Made by a program: the position numbers and the translations under genes. Positions 8,378 through 17,487 of a stretch of 64,000 bases of DNA are shown piece after piece (the stretch's first letter is position 1; every line of letters begins with the position of its first letter). Source of the stretch: an uncultured Flavobacteriales bacterium. GTDB taxonomy: Bacteria; Bacteroidota; Bacteroidia; Flavobacteriales_D; Crocinitomicaceae. The stretch is from positions 99 through 64,098 of the forward strand of contig CAJXMN010000007.1 of NCBI GenBank assembly GCA_913056215.1, read 5' to 3'. The notes below the pieces were generated by a model. It was not told the origin of the DNA. It ran no database searches and saw only the letters and a list, made by a program, of their open reading frames with translations.

Positions 8378-9202
8378 ATGCACAAAACAATCATTGATGC
8401 CAATAAAAAAAACCTACTCCCTAATTTTCGGGAACTTTATCAGTATAGGGATTTGTTTCTCACTTTGACTTATAGAGATTTTCGTGTGCGCTATGCTCAA
8501 ACGACCATTGGCTTTTTGTGGGCAATACTGCAACCTGTTGTTACACTGTTGATTCTTTCTTTAGTTTTTGGTCGTTTTGTGGGTGTTGAAACGGAAGTAC
8601 CTCATATTTTATTTACAGTAGCCGGAATGAGTGTATGGAGTTATTTTTCTTATGTAATGACCAACTCGGGAAATTCAATCATTACGAGCCAGAATATGGT
8701 GAAGAAAATTTACTTTCCGAGGATTATCATTCCGCTTTCCAAGGCTGTAGTTGGTTTTATTGACTTTGGTGTGGCCTTGGTAATAATGGTGGTTTTGATG
8801 ATTTATTACGGTGTGAGTCCGTCGCCCTATATTTGGCTGGCTCCAATTTTCATCATCGTTGGGGTATTAGCTGCTTTGAGTGTAGGTATTTGGTTGAGCG
8901 CGTTGACCGTGCGTTATCGCGATTTTCAGCATGTTGTACCCTTTTTGGTTCAGATAGGGCTATACATCACACCCGTGGCTTATCCTGCTGAATTTGCAGC
9001 TAAAAATTTGCCAGAATGGGCGAGCACTATTTTTTATTTGAATCCTATGGCAGGTGTAGTACAAGGTTTTCGGTGGTCAATGTTTGGAGAAGAAGCTCCA
9101 GGCCCCTTGCTATTTGTTTCTTTTGGAATGATAATTATTCTCTTTATCACCGGATTGCTTTATTTTAATAAGGTGGAAGGCGAAATGGCAGATTATGTTT
9201 AA
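8378..9202 (+). CDS. ABC-2 type polysaccharide/O-antigen export permease (Wzm/TagG-like)
   Basis: LYQYRDLFLTLTYRDFRVRYAQTTIGFLWAILQP followed by six hydrophobic segments. No cognate ATPase gene follows. Confidence 0.85.
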   Translation: MHKTIIDANKKNLLPNFRELYQYRDLFLTLTYRDFRVRYAQTTIGFLWAILQPVVTLLILSLVFGRFVGVETEVPHILFTVAGMSVWSYFSYVMTNSGNSIITSQNMVKKIYFPRIIIPLSKAVVGFIDFGVALVIMVVLMIYYGVSPSPYIWLAPIFIIVGVLAALSVGIWLSALTVRYRDFQHVVPFLVQIGLYITPVAYPAEFAAKNLPEWASTIFYLNPMAGVVQGFRWSMFGEEAPGPLLFVSFGMIIILFITGLLYFNKVEGEMADYV

Positions 9203-9216
9203 GTAATTGCAATATG

Positions 9217-9442
9217 CCGCTTCCCTCGGTACAATACTTTCCTTTCGTTGCACTTCAGTCAGGATCACTCGGTCCGCTCACGTTCTGTTTAATGAGATGT
9301 GTTTTTCTATAATATTGGTTAGATAGCGAACTAATTAAAATGTAGAAATTTTATATCTGAATAATTCATACTTACCAAAATGGTAAGCTGACCGAGTGAA
9401 ATTTCGGAATGCGATGGAGAAATTTTGTATCGAGGGAAGCGG
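9217..9442. repeat. 226-bp non-coding element bounded by inverted repeats (MITE-like element or long structured RNA)
   Basis: CCGCTTCCCTCGGTACAA (9217-9234) versus the reverse complement of 9425-9442, CCGCTTCCCTCGATACAA (17/18). A second inner pairing is TCACTCGGTC (9265-9274) with GACCGAGTGA (9390-9399). Small hairpin CTTACCAAAATGGTAAG at 9371-9387, AT-rich centre, no ORF. Confidence 0.6.
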
Positions 9443-9631
9443 TATTAATATTCTTCACCTATGTTAACCCAGAAAGAAACCACCCAACATGTTCAATAGT
9501 AAAAAATTGTTGAACGCATTATAAGTTGATCTTCAAAAACTGAACAGGAATAACAAACACGTCCACTAAATCTCTTCAAATCGCCGTATAGTTGAGAACA
9601 CCCACTTCACGATGTTTATTTGGAGCAAAAT

Positions 9632-9658
9632 AAAAAAAGCCGACCCTTCCGAGCCGGC
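9632..9658 (-). terminator. Rho-independent terminator of the M43 protease gene
   Basis: The minus strand reads GCCGGCUC GGAA GGGUCGGC (8-bp stem including two G-U pairs, GGAA loop) followed by seven U. Confidence 0.75.
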
Positions 9659-9679
9659 TCTGGATTGAGTTAAATTGGT

Positions 9680-10987
9680 TTATCGTTTGACAAATTTACT
9701 GATCGCAGCTTCACCAGTGGATTGCTGTATGCGAATAAAATAAACGCCATTGTCCAGGGCACTTACGTCAAGGGAAGTTTCTTGTGAAGAAGAGCGTTGC
9801 GAGAGCACTTTTCTTCCGCTGGACCCGAGAATCTCGACCATTTCTGCGGTGCCATTTTCCAACTTGACAGTGATCTTGCCGTGTGCCGGATTTGGGTAAA
9901 TCATGACTTTATTAGCAGTTTCCGCTTTCACGGATGCCGGGTTGTCGTGAACCAGATCATAACGCTGATTGTCTAAAACTCCACGCATCAAATCAACCTG
10001 ACCCTGCGTAAAACTATTCTGGCACGTTTCGGCTGAGTAATCCATGTAATTTTCAATCATGTCGGGTAAGTCCAAGCCCTGAATGGTATCCACGCATGTG
10101 TTTTTGGTGTCATCGCAATCCTGTTGAGATTGATCTTCTGCATTGGGTGTATCGTCGATACCATCCTGCTCATTACAGTCACCATCACCCCAGATGTGGC
10201 GTAAACCGAGATAGTGTCCTACTTCGTGCGTTGTCGTTCGCCCCATCACCGTAACGGGACCTTGTCCAGCGTCTAGGACATTAGGGTTATTCGAACCAAA
10301 GGCTTGATATTGAATAACAACTCCATCAATAAGGTTGGGGTTACTGTTAGGAGGCCAATTGGACAAGCTGTCGGGTGGTGTTGCATAACCCAATAGAGCA
10401 GTTGTATTAAAGACTTCCATGTTGCACACCCAAATATTTAAATAACGACTCTGGTCCCACGGGTCGTGGCCACCTTCTGTTGTTTGTTTCACTTTTTCAA
10501 GTTCACTAAAATCACCTGAAATCAAGCCAATATCACCAAATGTTTCTTGTGATGTCTCTGTGCGCGTAATGCCCGTTGTTGGATCTCCCTGTGGATCGAT
10601 TTGTGCCAGTCTGAATTCAATATTAGGACTGCCTTTTACAATATCAAAATCCGATCGCATATTAGATGTGTCTGGATTCTGACGTTGAAAATCTTCATTT
10701 AAGGTTTCAATTTGGCGTAAAATCACACTGTCTTCCAGATTTTGATCTTGTGTATTATGGACCACATGGACAACCACAGGAATGGTGAGAAGCGTTGATT
10801 TCTCTGTTTTTGTTAGCGGTGCATGTTTGGCTAACTCAAACTGCTCATTCACATGAGAAGCATAACCAGGTGTTATTTCGTCCTGATATTCAATAGCTTT
10901 GTGCGACATGCAACGCTCTATTTCCGATACATCCTGTCCGTAAAGGAAAGAGGTAATGAATAATGGAATAAATAATAGTTTCTTCAT
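9680..10987 (-). CDS. Secreted M43-type (pappalysin/cytophagalysin-like) zinc metalloprotease with T9SS type-A sorting domain
   Basis: Metzincin motif HEVGHYLGLRHIWGD. Signal peptide MKKLLFIPLFITSFLYGQ from the internal ATG at 10987. C-terminus MIYPNPAHGKITVKLE...GVYFIRIQQSTGEAAISKFVKR. Confidence 0.85.
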   Translation of the reverse strand: MKKLLFIPLFITSFLYGQDVSEIERCMSHKAIEYQDEITPGYASHVNEQFELAKHAPLTKTEKSTLLTIPVVVHVVHNTQDQNLEDSVILRQIETLNEDFQRQNPDTSNMRSDFDIVKGSPNIEFRLAQIDPQGDPTTGITRTETSQETFGDIGLISGDFSELEKVKQTTEGGHDPWDQSRYLNIWVCNMEVFNTTALLGYATPPDSLSNWPPNSNPNLIDGVVIQYQAFGSNNPNVLDAGQGPVTVMGRTTTHEVGHYLGLRHIWGDGDCNEQDGIDDTPNAEDQSQQDCDDTKNTCVDTIQGLDLPDMIENYMDYSAETCQNSFTQGQVDLMRGVLDNQRYDLVHDNPASVKAETANKVMIYPNPAHGKITVKLENGTAEMVEILGSSGRKVLSQRSSSQETSLDVSALDNGVYFIRIQQSTGEAAISKFVKR

Positions 10988-11076
10988 AGTAATTGGATTT
11001 GTTCCCAAATTACAAAGTGGATTAGTGAGAAAAGCCGATTTTTTGACTAAATGTCACATAAATTTATGAGCGGGGA

Positions 11077-11760
11077 TCACTCGTCTTGATCTGTTGATTT
11101 ATCGGAGGGCTTGGAAGCGAAATAGACTTTTTGTCGAATGAGTACCATGATGACACCAACGGAAATAGCTGCATCTGCAATATTCCAAATGGCGGGGAAC
11201 ACTTGAGATCCACCGAGCCATGGCACCCAGCTTGGCCACGTGGCATCAAACTGAAACATATCCACCACATTACCGAATAAAAAACCAGTATTCCGAACTT
11301 CTACCTCCTCCGTATAACCATAGTAAGAACAATCCATCCAATTTCCTGAACCTTGAAGTTGATTAAATCGAATGCAGGGGTCAAAATAATCGGCAAAGAG
11401 AAAATCATAAAACATGGAATCGATGAGGTTTCCCGCTGCCCCTGCCAATATAAGGCCAGTCACCACCAAAAACTCGATACTTACCCGCTCGCGAATCTGC
11501 TTGATAATGTAGTAAGTGATTGCAATAATCGCTGCTACGCGGAACAAGGAAAGAATGAGCTTACCCCAGATACCTCCTCCGAGCGTTGCCCCGAAAGCCA
11601 TACCTTGATTTTCCACGTAATTGAGTTTAAACCAATCACCCAAAATGGAAATACTCGGGTCATCATAAGAAAAACTCGTCTTCACCCATATTTTGACAGC
11701 CTGATCTACGATCAGTATTAAAAGTACGACCCCAAAGGTGATGAGATAGCGTTTTTTCAA
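11077..11760 (-). CDS. lspA: Lipoprotein signal peptidase (signal peptidase II)
   Basis: VDQAVKIWV, LNYVENQGMAFG, AAGNLIDSMFY, VVDMFQF and IWNIADAAISVG, the characteristic LspA blocks, with four TM segments. Confidence 0.9.
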   Translation of the reverse strand: MKKRYLITFGVVLLILIVDQAVKIWVKTSFSYDDPSISILGDWFKLNYVENQGMAFGATLGGGIWGKLILSLFRVAAIIAITYYIIKQIRERVSIEFLVVTGLILAGAAGNLIDSMFYDFLFADYFDPCIRFNQLQGSGNWMDCSYYGYTEEVEVRNTGFLFGNVVDMFQFDATWPSWVPWLGGSQVFPAIWNIADAAISVGVIMVLIRQKVYFASKPSDKSTDQDE

Positions 11761-11772
11761 TGTCGTTGCTGA

Positions 11773-12156
11773 TTATGAGTTTTGTTGATTCTTGGCCTCA
11801 ATACTCAATGTTGCATGAGGAACGAGCTTTAGGCGCTCTTTTCGGATCAATTTACCAGTGACACGGCAAATACCGTATGTTTTGTTTTCAATCCGAACCA
11901 ACGCATTATTGAGACTCTTGATAAACTTTTCCTGACGTGCAGCCAACTGCGCCATTTCTTCGCGAGAAAGCGTTTCTGAGCCATCCTCCATCATGTTAAA
12001 TGTACGTCCTGTATCGTCAGTTCCATGGTCATCCTTATGAGACAATGAATTCTTGAGCATGGTCAGGTCTTCCTGTGCTTCTTCTAATTTCGACGTGATA
12101 ATATCTTTAAACTCTTGTAGTTCTTGATCTGAATACCTTGTTTTTTCTTTTGCCAT
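11773..12156 (-). CDS. DksA/TraR-family regulator
   Basis: From the internal ATG at 12156: MAKEKTRYSDQELQEFKDII..., a coiled-coil region, and C-terminal YGICRVTGKLIRKERLKLVPHATLSIEAK. The 5' extension of the tracked ORF looks like low-complexity read-through. Confidence 0.75.
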   Translation of the reverse strand: MAKEKTRYSDQELQEFKDIITSKLEEAQEDLTMLKNSLSHKDDHGTDDTGRTFNMMEDGSETLSREEMAQLAARQEKFIKSLNNALVRIENKTYGICRVTGKLIRKERLKLVPHATLSIEAKNQQNS

Positions 12157-12266
12157 CTTATTCGAGGTGTTTGTTGTATCTAAAATCAGAATGAACAAAT
12201 ATAATCGAATTTCGTTTTTATTCAATACCTTTTATGATTTAGGAAAAAGTATTTTTGCACAACGAT

Positions 12267-12914
12267 ATGACGAGCAACAACCAAGATATTATTAAGGCAT
12301 TGCAATGGCGCTATGCAGTTAAACAGTTTGACGCTTCGAAAAAGTTAACAGAAGAGCAATTAAAGCGATTGATGGAAGGATTGCAACTAACACCTACGTC
12401 GATGGGGTTGCAGTTGATGAAATTTATTGTTATCTCAAATCCTGAACTTAAAGCGAAGATTACACCTATTGCCTTTAATCAGCCACAGGTGGAACAATGT
12501 TCTCACCTTTTCGTACTCTGTCGCAAACACACGGTTACTGAAAAAGATATTTCCAGTTTTGTTGATCGTACCGCGTCAACTCGAAATATTGAGACGGATA
12601 GCCCAACGATGGTTGGCTTTGAAAAAATGTTGTCGAGTAGCTTGAATTTACCCGATCCGCAACAAAAAGCATGGATGGAGAATCAAGTCTATATTGCTTT
12701 GGGTAATTTTTTAACGTTGTGCGCGGCGGAAGCGATCGATGCTTGCCCAATGGAAGGATTTGATCGTCCAAAACTCGATCGTTTACTCGAACTGGAACAA
12801 GATGGTCTGAACGCGGTCGTAATGTGCCCTGTTGGCTTTCGATCATCAGAAGATAAGTATAGCGAGGTAAAAAAAGTGCGCCGTCCACTCCATAATTTAG
12901 TAGAAGAACGATAA
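12267..12914 (+). CDS. NAD(P)H nitroreductase-family flavoprotein
   Basis: ALQWRYAVKQFD.., ..NQPQVEQCSHLFVLC.., ..DACPMEGFD.., typical NfsB/nitroreductase-fold blocks. TATTTTTG (-7-like box) at 12250-12257 favours the ATG at 12267. Confidence 0.75.
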   Translation: MTSNNQDIIKALQWRYAVKQFDASKKLTEEQLKRLMEGLQLTPTSMGLQLMKFIVISNPELKAKITPIAFNQPQVEQCSHLFVLCRKHTVTEKDISSFVDRTASTRNIETDSPTMVGFEKMLSSSLNLPDPQQKAWMENQVYIALGNFLTLCAAEAIDACPMEGFDRPKLDRLLELEQDGLNAVVMCPVGFRSSEDKYSEVKKVRRPLHNLVEER

Positions 12915-12925
12915 AAATAGTATTG

Positions 12926-14086
12926 ATGAACAATTTTGATTATTACAATCCGACTAAAGTAGTTTTTGGTAAAGGAACGCATGAAAAACTGCCGAAAGAA
13001 ATAGCGCAGCATACCTCAGGGAAAAGAATATTATTGACCTACGGTGGAGGCAGTATTAAAAAAAATGGTGTTTACGATAGTGTCATTGATGCGCTTCAGG
13101 ACTATAAAATCGTAGAGTTTGGAGGGATCGAACCAAATCCCGAATACGATACGCTCATGGAGGCGGTGGAGCTAGCCAGGGAACAATCGGTGGATTTTGT
13201 TCTCGCTGTTGGGGGAGGCTCTGTTATTGACGGTACAAAATTTATAGTCAGTGCTGCAAAATATGAAGGAGAACCATGGGATGTCTTGGCGCAGAAAGAA
13301 GGATTCAGCTTTAGAGAAGCCCTGCCTTTTGGTACTGTTCTAACCTTGCCGGCAACGGGATCGGAAATGAACTCGGGCGCCGTTATATCGCGAAGTGACC
13401 GCAAAGAAAAACGGACGATGGGTGGGGCTCAAACTTTCCCTAAATTTTCGTTTTTAGATCCAACTGTTGTGGCTACTTTACCCCACCGACAACTAGCAAA
13501 TGGTATTACGGATGCCTTTATGCACACGCTGGAGCAATACCTTACATATCCCACAGATAATTTACTGCAAGAACGAATTGCAGAAGGAATTTTGTCTACG
13601 TTGATCGAGATTGCACCACGTGTAATGAATGACCCATCGGATTACAAAGCAGCCAGTAATTTAATGTGGTGTGCGACGATGGCATTGAACGGTACGTTGC
13701 GAGCTGGAGTCGCTTACGACTGGTCAACACACATGATAGGGCACGAGTTAACTGCTTTGCATGGAATCGATCATGCGCGAACGTTAGCGATTATTGCTCC
13801 GAACCTTTATCGGGTAAAATTCGAAAACAAAAAAGATAAATTGATTCAATATGGTCAGCGCGTTTTTGGCTTGGACGGGTCTTGTGCTGAAGAGGCTATC
13901 TTGCGCACAAAAACATTTTTTGAGTCACTGGGTATTGAAACACAAATTTCCGACTATACGGATGGTGCTGAGAAAACGCCTCAGATCATTGAAGAGCGTT
14001 TTGATGAACGCGGTTGGAAAGGAATTGGTGAGCGAGGTGATCTCACACCAGCAGAGGCTAAGTCAATCGTGGAAATGAGTATGTAG
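12926..14086 (+). CDS. Iron-containing (group III) alcohol dehydrogenase, YqhD/BdhA-like
   Basis: FDYYNPTKVVFGKGT, LAVGGGSVIDGTKF, LPATGSEMN and HMIGHELTALHGIDHA (metal-binding His cluster). Confidence 0.9.
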   Translation: MNNFDYYNPTKVVFGKGTHEKLPKEIAQHTSGKRILLTYGGGSIKKNGVYDSVIDALQDYKIVEFGGIEPNPEYDTLMEAVELAREQSVDFVLAVGGGSVIDGTKFIVSAAKYEGEPWDVLAQKEGFSFREALPFGTVLTLPATGSEMNSGAVISRSDRKEKRTMGGAQTFPKFSFLDPTVVATLPHRQLANGITDAFMHTLEQYLTYPTDNLLQERIAEGILSTLIEIAPRVMNDPSDYKAASNLMWCATMALNGTLRAGVAYDWSTHMIGHELTALHGIDHARTLAIIAPNLYRVKFENKKDKLIQYGQRVFGLDGSCAEEAILRTKTFFESLGIETQISDYTDGAEKTPQIIEERFDERGWKGIGERGDLTPAEAKSIVEMSM

Positions 14087-14090
14087 TGCC

Positions 14091-15107
14091 ATGTTTGGCT
14101 TAAATCAACCGTTTTGGTTTACTGAAGAGCCCGATGAAGCGACCGTTCGCTTGTTAAAGTCGGTTACGCTCGGATCAAATGGTGCGCGCTATCGTCATTT
14201 AGGAATAGAACACCGCATTCACCAATTGTATCGCCCCTTATTTGTCAGTATAGTGCGTCGCGATCGCGTATTAGCCAATGCAACTTTTTGTCGGAGAGCA
14301 TCCAATTGGTACGTGCGCTATTTCGCTTTTGATCAGCTATTACAAGCGAGATCAATGCCCGTTTCTAATATCCGTCAAACGAATGGATTAAAGTGGAAAT
14401 TAAATGCTTTTTTTGATAATGCACTGTTGGATCCAGCTGGTCCTCAGTCTTTCTATGCTTATATCGACCCGCGAAATGAACGTTCCCTGAACATGAGTGC
14501 TAATTTTGGGTTTACTAGTGCTGCAAAAATAGCTACCCAAACCTTTAGCCGATTAAGACCAAAAAACCACTCCGTGGAAGTCATCGATGATCTCACAAAA
14601 ATAAAAAAATGGATCTCCAATCGCTTTGGCGATCGTCCTTTTTTTCACGATTATCAAACGCTGAATAACACGCCGTTCTATGTCTTGAGAGAAAACGGTG
14701 AAATTGTCGCCTTCGCAAAAGTACACCGCGCTTCTTGGCAGATAGAACGGCTTCCCGGAAAAAACGGAGCTCTTTTGACACGCCTCGTTCCTTTTATTCC
14801 AATAGTAAATCGCATCATTCAACCAGCACATCATTGTTTTGGAGTAGTTGATGCTGTTTGGTCAAAGAACAATGACAAACGCTACTTATCACATCTTTTT
14901 GAAGGCATCTTAGCGCGAGAGAAGGTGCATGTTTTACATTGGTGGGTGGATCATAAAGACTCGCTATATCGCTCGGCTAGAAAAACGTTAAATTGGGGAC
15001 TCCTTCACAAGATCAATGGCGTCCATAATGTGGATTTGGTTGTCAAAACAAAGGAGCAATTAATCGTAGATAAACCCGTTTTTGTTTCAGGTTTTGATTT
15101 TATTTGA
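14091..15107 (+). CDS. Hypothetical protein, probably co-transcribed with the ADH
   Basis: 338-codon ORF starting 4 nt after the ADH stop. No motif that I recognise. Confidence 0.55.
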   Translation: MFGLNQPFWFTEEPDEATVRLLKSVTLGSNGARYRHLGIEHRIHQLYRPLFVSIVRRDRVLANATFCRRASNWYVRYFAFDQLLQARSMPVSNIRQTNGLKWKLNAFFDNALLDPAGPQSFYAYIDPRNERSLNMSANFGFTSAAKIATQTFSRLRPKNHSVEVIDDLTKIKKWISNRFGDRPFFHDYQTLNNTPFYVLRENGEIVAFAKVHRASWQIERLPGKNGALLTRLVPFIPIVNRIIQPAHHCFGVVDAVWSKNNDKRYLSHLFEGILAREKVHVLHWWVDHKDSLYRSARKTLNWGLLHKINGVHNVDLVVKTKEQLIVDKPVFVSGFDFI

Positions 15108-15183
15108 TAGAATTACAAGATTTTTTGTAACCTATTACTATTCATCTGCATCTTATTGGTGTAGAATCAAAATTTAGAAGAAG

Positions 15184-15522
15184 ATGGATGTAGTATCATT
15201 ATTAATCCCTATTGCTTTGTTTGCTATGGTTTTTGGAATTGTGTATGTCGTCATCACGGCCAGTCATCGTCAAAAAATGGCTATGATTGAGGCAGGTATG
15301 AATCCCAAGGACAAAAAAGACGGGGATGACAGTCAGTGGAGTAGCGGTTACCTTTTTGTATTTGTTCCCCTAGGGATTATACTCGGAAATGTCCTGGCGC
15401 ACTTCACCGACTTTTTAGACGCTGGTGAACTGGGTTTGTTAGGGGCATTCCTTTTTGGAGGCCTCGGTTTATTAATTGCCCGAAGTCAGAATGAGAAAAA
15501 GAAACGAAACGGTGGAGGATAA
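15184..15522 (+). CDS. Small membrane protein (two to three TM segments)
   Basis: MDVVSLLIPIALFAMVFGIVYVVITASHRQKMAMIEAGMNP and two more hydrophobic stretches. Sits directly upstream of the ECF sigma gene. Confidence 0.6.
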   Translation: MDVVSLLIPIALFAMVFGIVYVVITASHRQKMAMIEAGMNPKDKKDGDDSQWSSGYLFVFVPLGIILGNVLAHFTDFLDAGELGLLGAFLFGGLGLLIARSQNEKKKRNGGG

Positions 15523-16072
15523 GTCCAGCAAAGAAATGTTGTTGATTCGCGCCGTGATTGACGGGGATAAAAACGAGTTTGCAGCTATCGTTGATAGGTA
15601 TAAGGATATGGTTTACAGTATTCTATTCCGTATGGTAAATGAACATGAAGAAGCTAATGACCTTGCTCAGGAAGTGTTTATAAAAGTGTACAGGAAACTG
15701 CAACAGTTTAAAGGAGACGCCAAGTTGTCGACCTGGATTTATAAAATTGCCTATTTTGAGGGGCTCTCCTACCTGAGAAAGCACAAACGATGGAACAACA
15801 GCTCCTACCAAGTTGAAGTAGAGAGCGAAGAGAACATGGAAAAGGATTGGGCTGTTGATGCATTGCAAGAACACGTTACCGAATGTATATATGCATTAAA
15901 ACCTATGGAACGCACGGCAATCACCTTGTTTTATCTCGATGAGTTGGCCGTAAAGGAAGTTGCTGATATTATGAATATCACTGAATCTTACGTAAAAGTC
16001 ACCGTGCATCGCGCTAAGAAAAAACTGAGACAACGGATCAAAAAAGAATATTATGAAGAAGCGAGAGGATGA
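15491..16072 (+). CDS. ECF-type RNA polymerase sigma-70 family factor
   Basis: Region 2 FAAIVDRYKDMVYSILFRMVNEHEEANDLAQEVFIKVY and region 4 LDELAVKEVADIMNITESYVKVTVHRAKKKL. The start is ambiguous (ATG 15491 or 15536). Confidence 0.85.
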   Translation: MRKRNETVEDKSSKEMLLIRAVIDGDKNEFAAIVDRYKDMVYSILFRMVNEHEEANDLAQEVFIKVYRKLQQFKGDAKLSTWIYKIAYFEGLSYLRKHKRWNNSSYQVEVESEENMEKDWAVDALQEHVTECIYALKPMERTAITLFYLDELAVKEVADIMNITESYVKVTVHRAKKKLRQRIKKEYYEEARG

Positions 16073-16415
16073 AAAATGGAAGAAAGCCGTACTCTATGAT
16101 TTTGAAAAGCCTACACATAGCGGTTTTACAGAAGATATAATGCAAATCATTGAACGGCAGGAACAGTCTGTTCGACCAGCGCCGTTGATTAGTTCAAAAC
16201 AATGGGTTTTTGTTGGGTTTATGCTTGGTTTGATCACCCTACTTGTGTTTATTGCAGAATATAAGTGGGATCTCAATTTCGAATCGATCCATAAATACAG
16301 CGAAAAACTCATCACACTATTAATTGAACAATCTTCCATGTTATGGATAGCCTTATCGCTGGTGACCGTATTTTTTGTCTATTTATTATTCCAAGACAGA
16401 AAAGGACATGTATAA
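16053..16415 (+). CDS. Putative anti-sigma factor / membrane protein
   Basis: Overlaps the sigma gene stop by 20 nt. Short cytoplasmic N-terminus followed by two TM segments. Assignment is from position only. Confidence 0.5.
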   Translation: MKKREDEKWKKAVLYDFEKPTHSGFTEDIMQIIERQEQSVRPAPLISSKQWVFVGFMLGLITLLVFIAEYKWDLNFESIHKYSEKLITLLIEQSSMLWIALSLVTVFFVYLLFQDRKGHV

Positions 16416-16450
16416 TCGTGGCGGGATGAGGTAAAGTAGTGTTAAGATAG

Positions 16451-17254
16451 TTACTTTTCAAGCGTTATAGTGCGCTCAACTTCGTTGAAGGGACCTTTAA
16501 TAAAATTCTTCTCACTATCCACAAGGCGGAGTGAAATGGTTGTTTCACCCATTGGAAGCCCTTCAATGGCATAAGGAGCCCAGTCGTCAAGGATAAATTC
16601 TTCGTCGTTAATTGTAACAATGACGTGATGACCATCTTTTGAAAGATCTGTATTGACTAGAAAGAAATCGAGCAGCACCTTTTTTGTATCTTCTCCCGAA
16701 TAGGTTCCTTTAGGTCGGCTGTAAAAGAGATGAGGGGCATCAAAATCAACGTTCATTTGCTGGTCTTCTGTTGGATTCCCTACGCGGAACTTTTTTAAGG
16801 TATATGCATTTTCATGCTTTACGGCCATGTGGTAGGAGCGCGATAAAAATGCCAAAAGTACATGATCGCCTACGGGAAGTTCTTGGGTAAAGGATTTATC
16901 GTATTTGGCTCCATAAGGTCCGTTGTTGAGAATGAAGTGAACGTGTTGTCCTTTAGAGGAGTTAGCCAATTCGAGCTCATCCGCATCAGTTGTTTGTTCT
17001 TTTAACGTATAATTTTCAACATTGAACTGAAATTGATGTTCACCTTCAGACAATTCCTGTTCGCGGGGCCGAACCAATGTGAGTTTTGCATCGGGAAATT
17101 TTTTAAAGGACTCGATTTTTGTTAACGTAATGTCTTTTTCCTGTTCCTCCGCTAGTTCTTCTCGTTGATCGCTGACTTTCGCATCGCTTTCATTGTTGCA
17201 GCTCAACAAACCGCTTAGCAGCAGAGAAAGAATAAGAAATTTCATTGGATTCAT
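16451..17254 (-). CDS. Hypothetical lipoprotein
   Basis: MNPMKFLILSLLLSGLLSCNNES (lipobox). No recognised domain. Confidence 0.6.
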   Translation of the reverse strand: MNPMKFLILSLLLSGLLSCNNESDAKVSDQREELAEEQEKDITLTKIESFKKFPDAKLTLVRPREQELSEGEHQFQFNVENYTLKEQTTDADELELANSSKGQHVHFILNNGPYGAKYDKSFTQELPVGDHVLLAFLSRSYHMAVKHENAYTLKKFRVGNPTEDQQMNVDFDAPHLFYSRPKGTYSGEDTKKVLLDFFLVNTDLSKDGHHVIVTINDEEFILDDWAPYAIEGLPMGETTISLRLVDSEKNFIKGPFNEVERTITLEK

Positions 17255-17487
17255 GATAAACGTTTTTAAAGAATTTATTGTCGCTAAAACAATCTGCTTT
17301 CAGAAAAGTTCAGACTTTCGCGTAAAGTATACCATGTTTACTTCAACGACGCTGATGCCTTCAAGGTTAATGCTCAAAATATACTCAAACATTAATTTAC
17401 CATCAAGAACGAAACGTACATATTCAGCTGGTTAACATCCGGTAGAACTTTTAATGAATCTTTCTTACCTTTGAACAAATCCGATTC

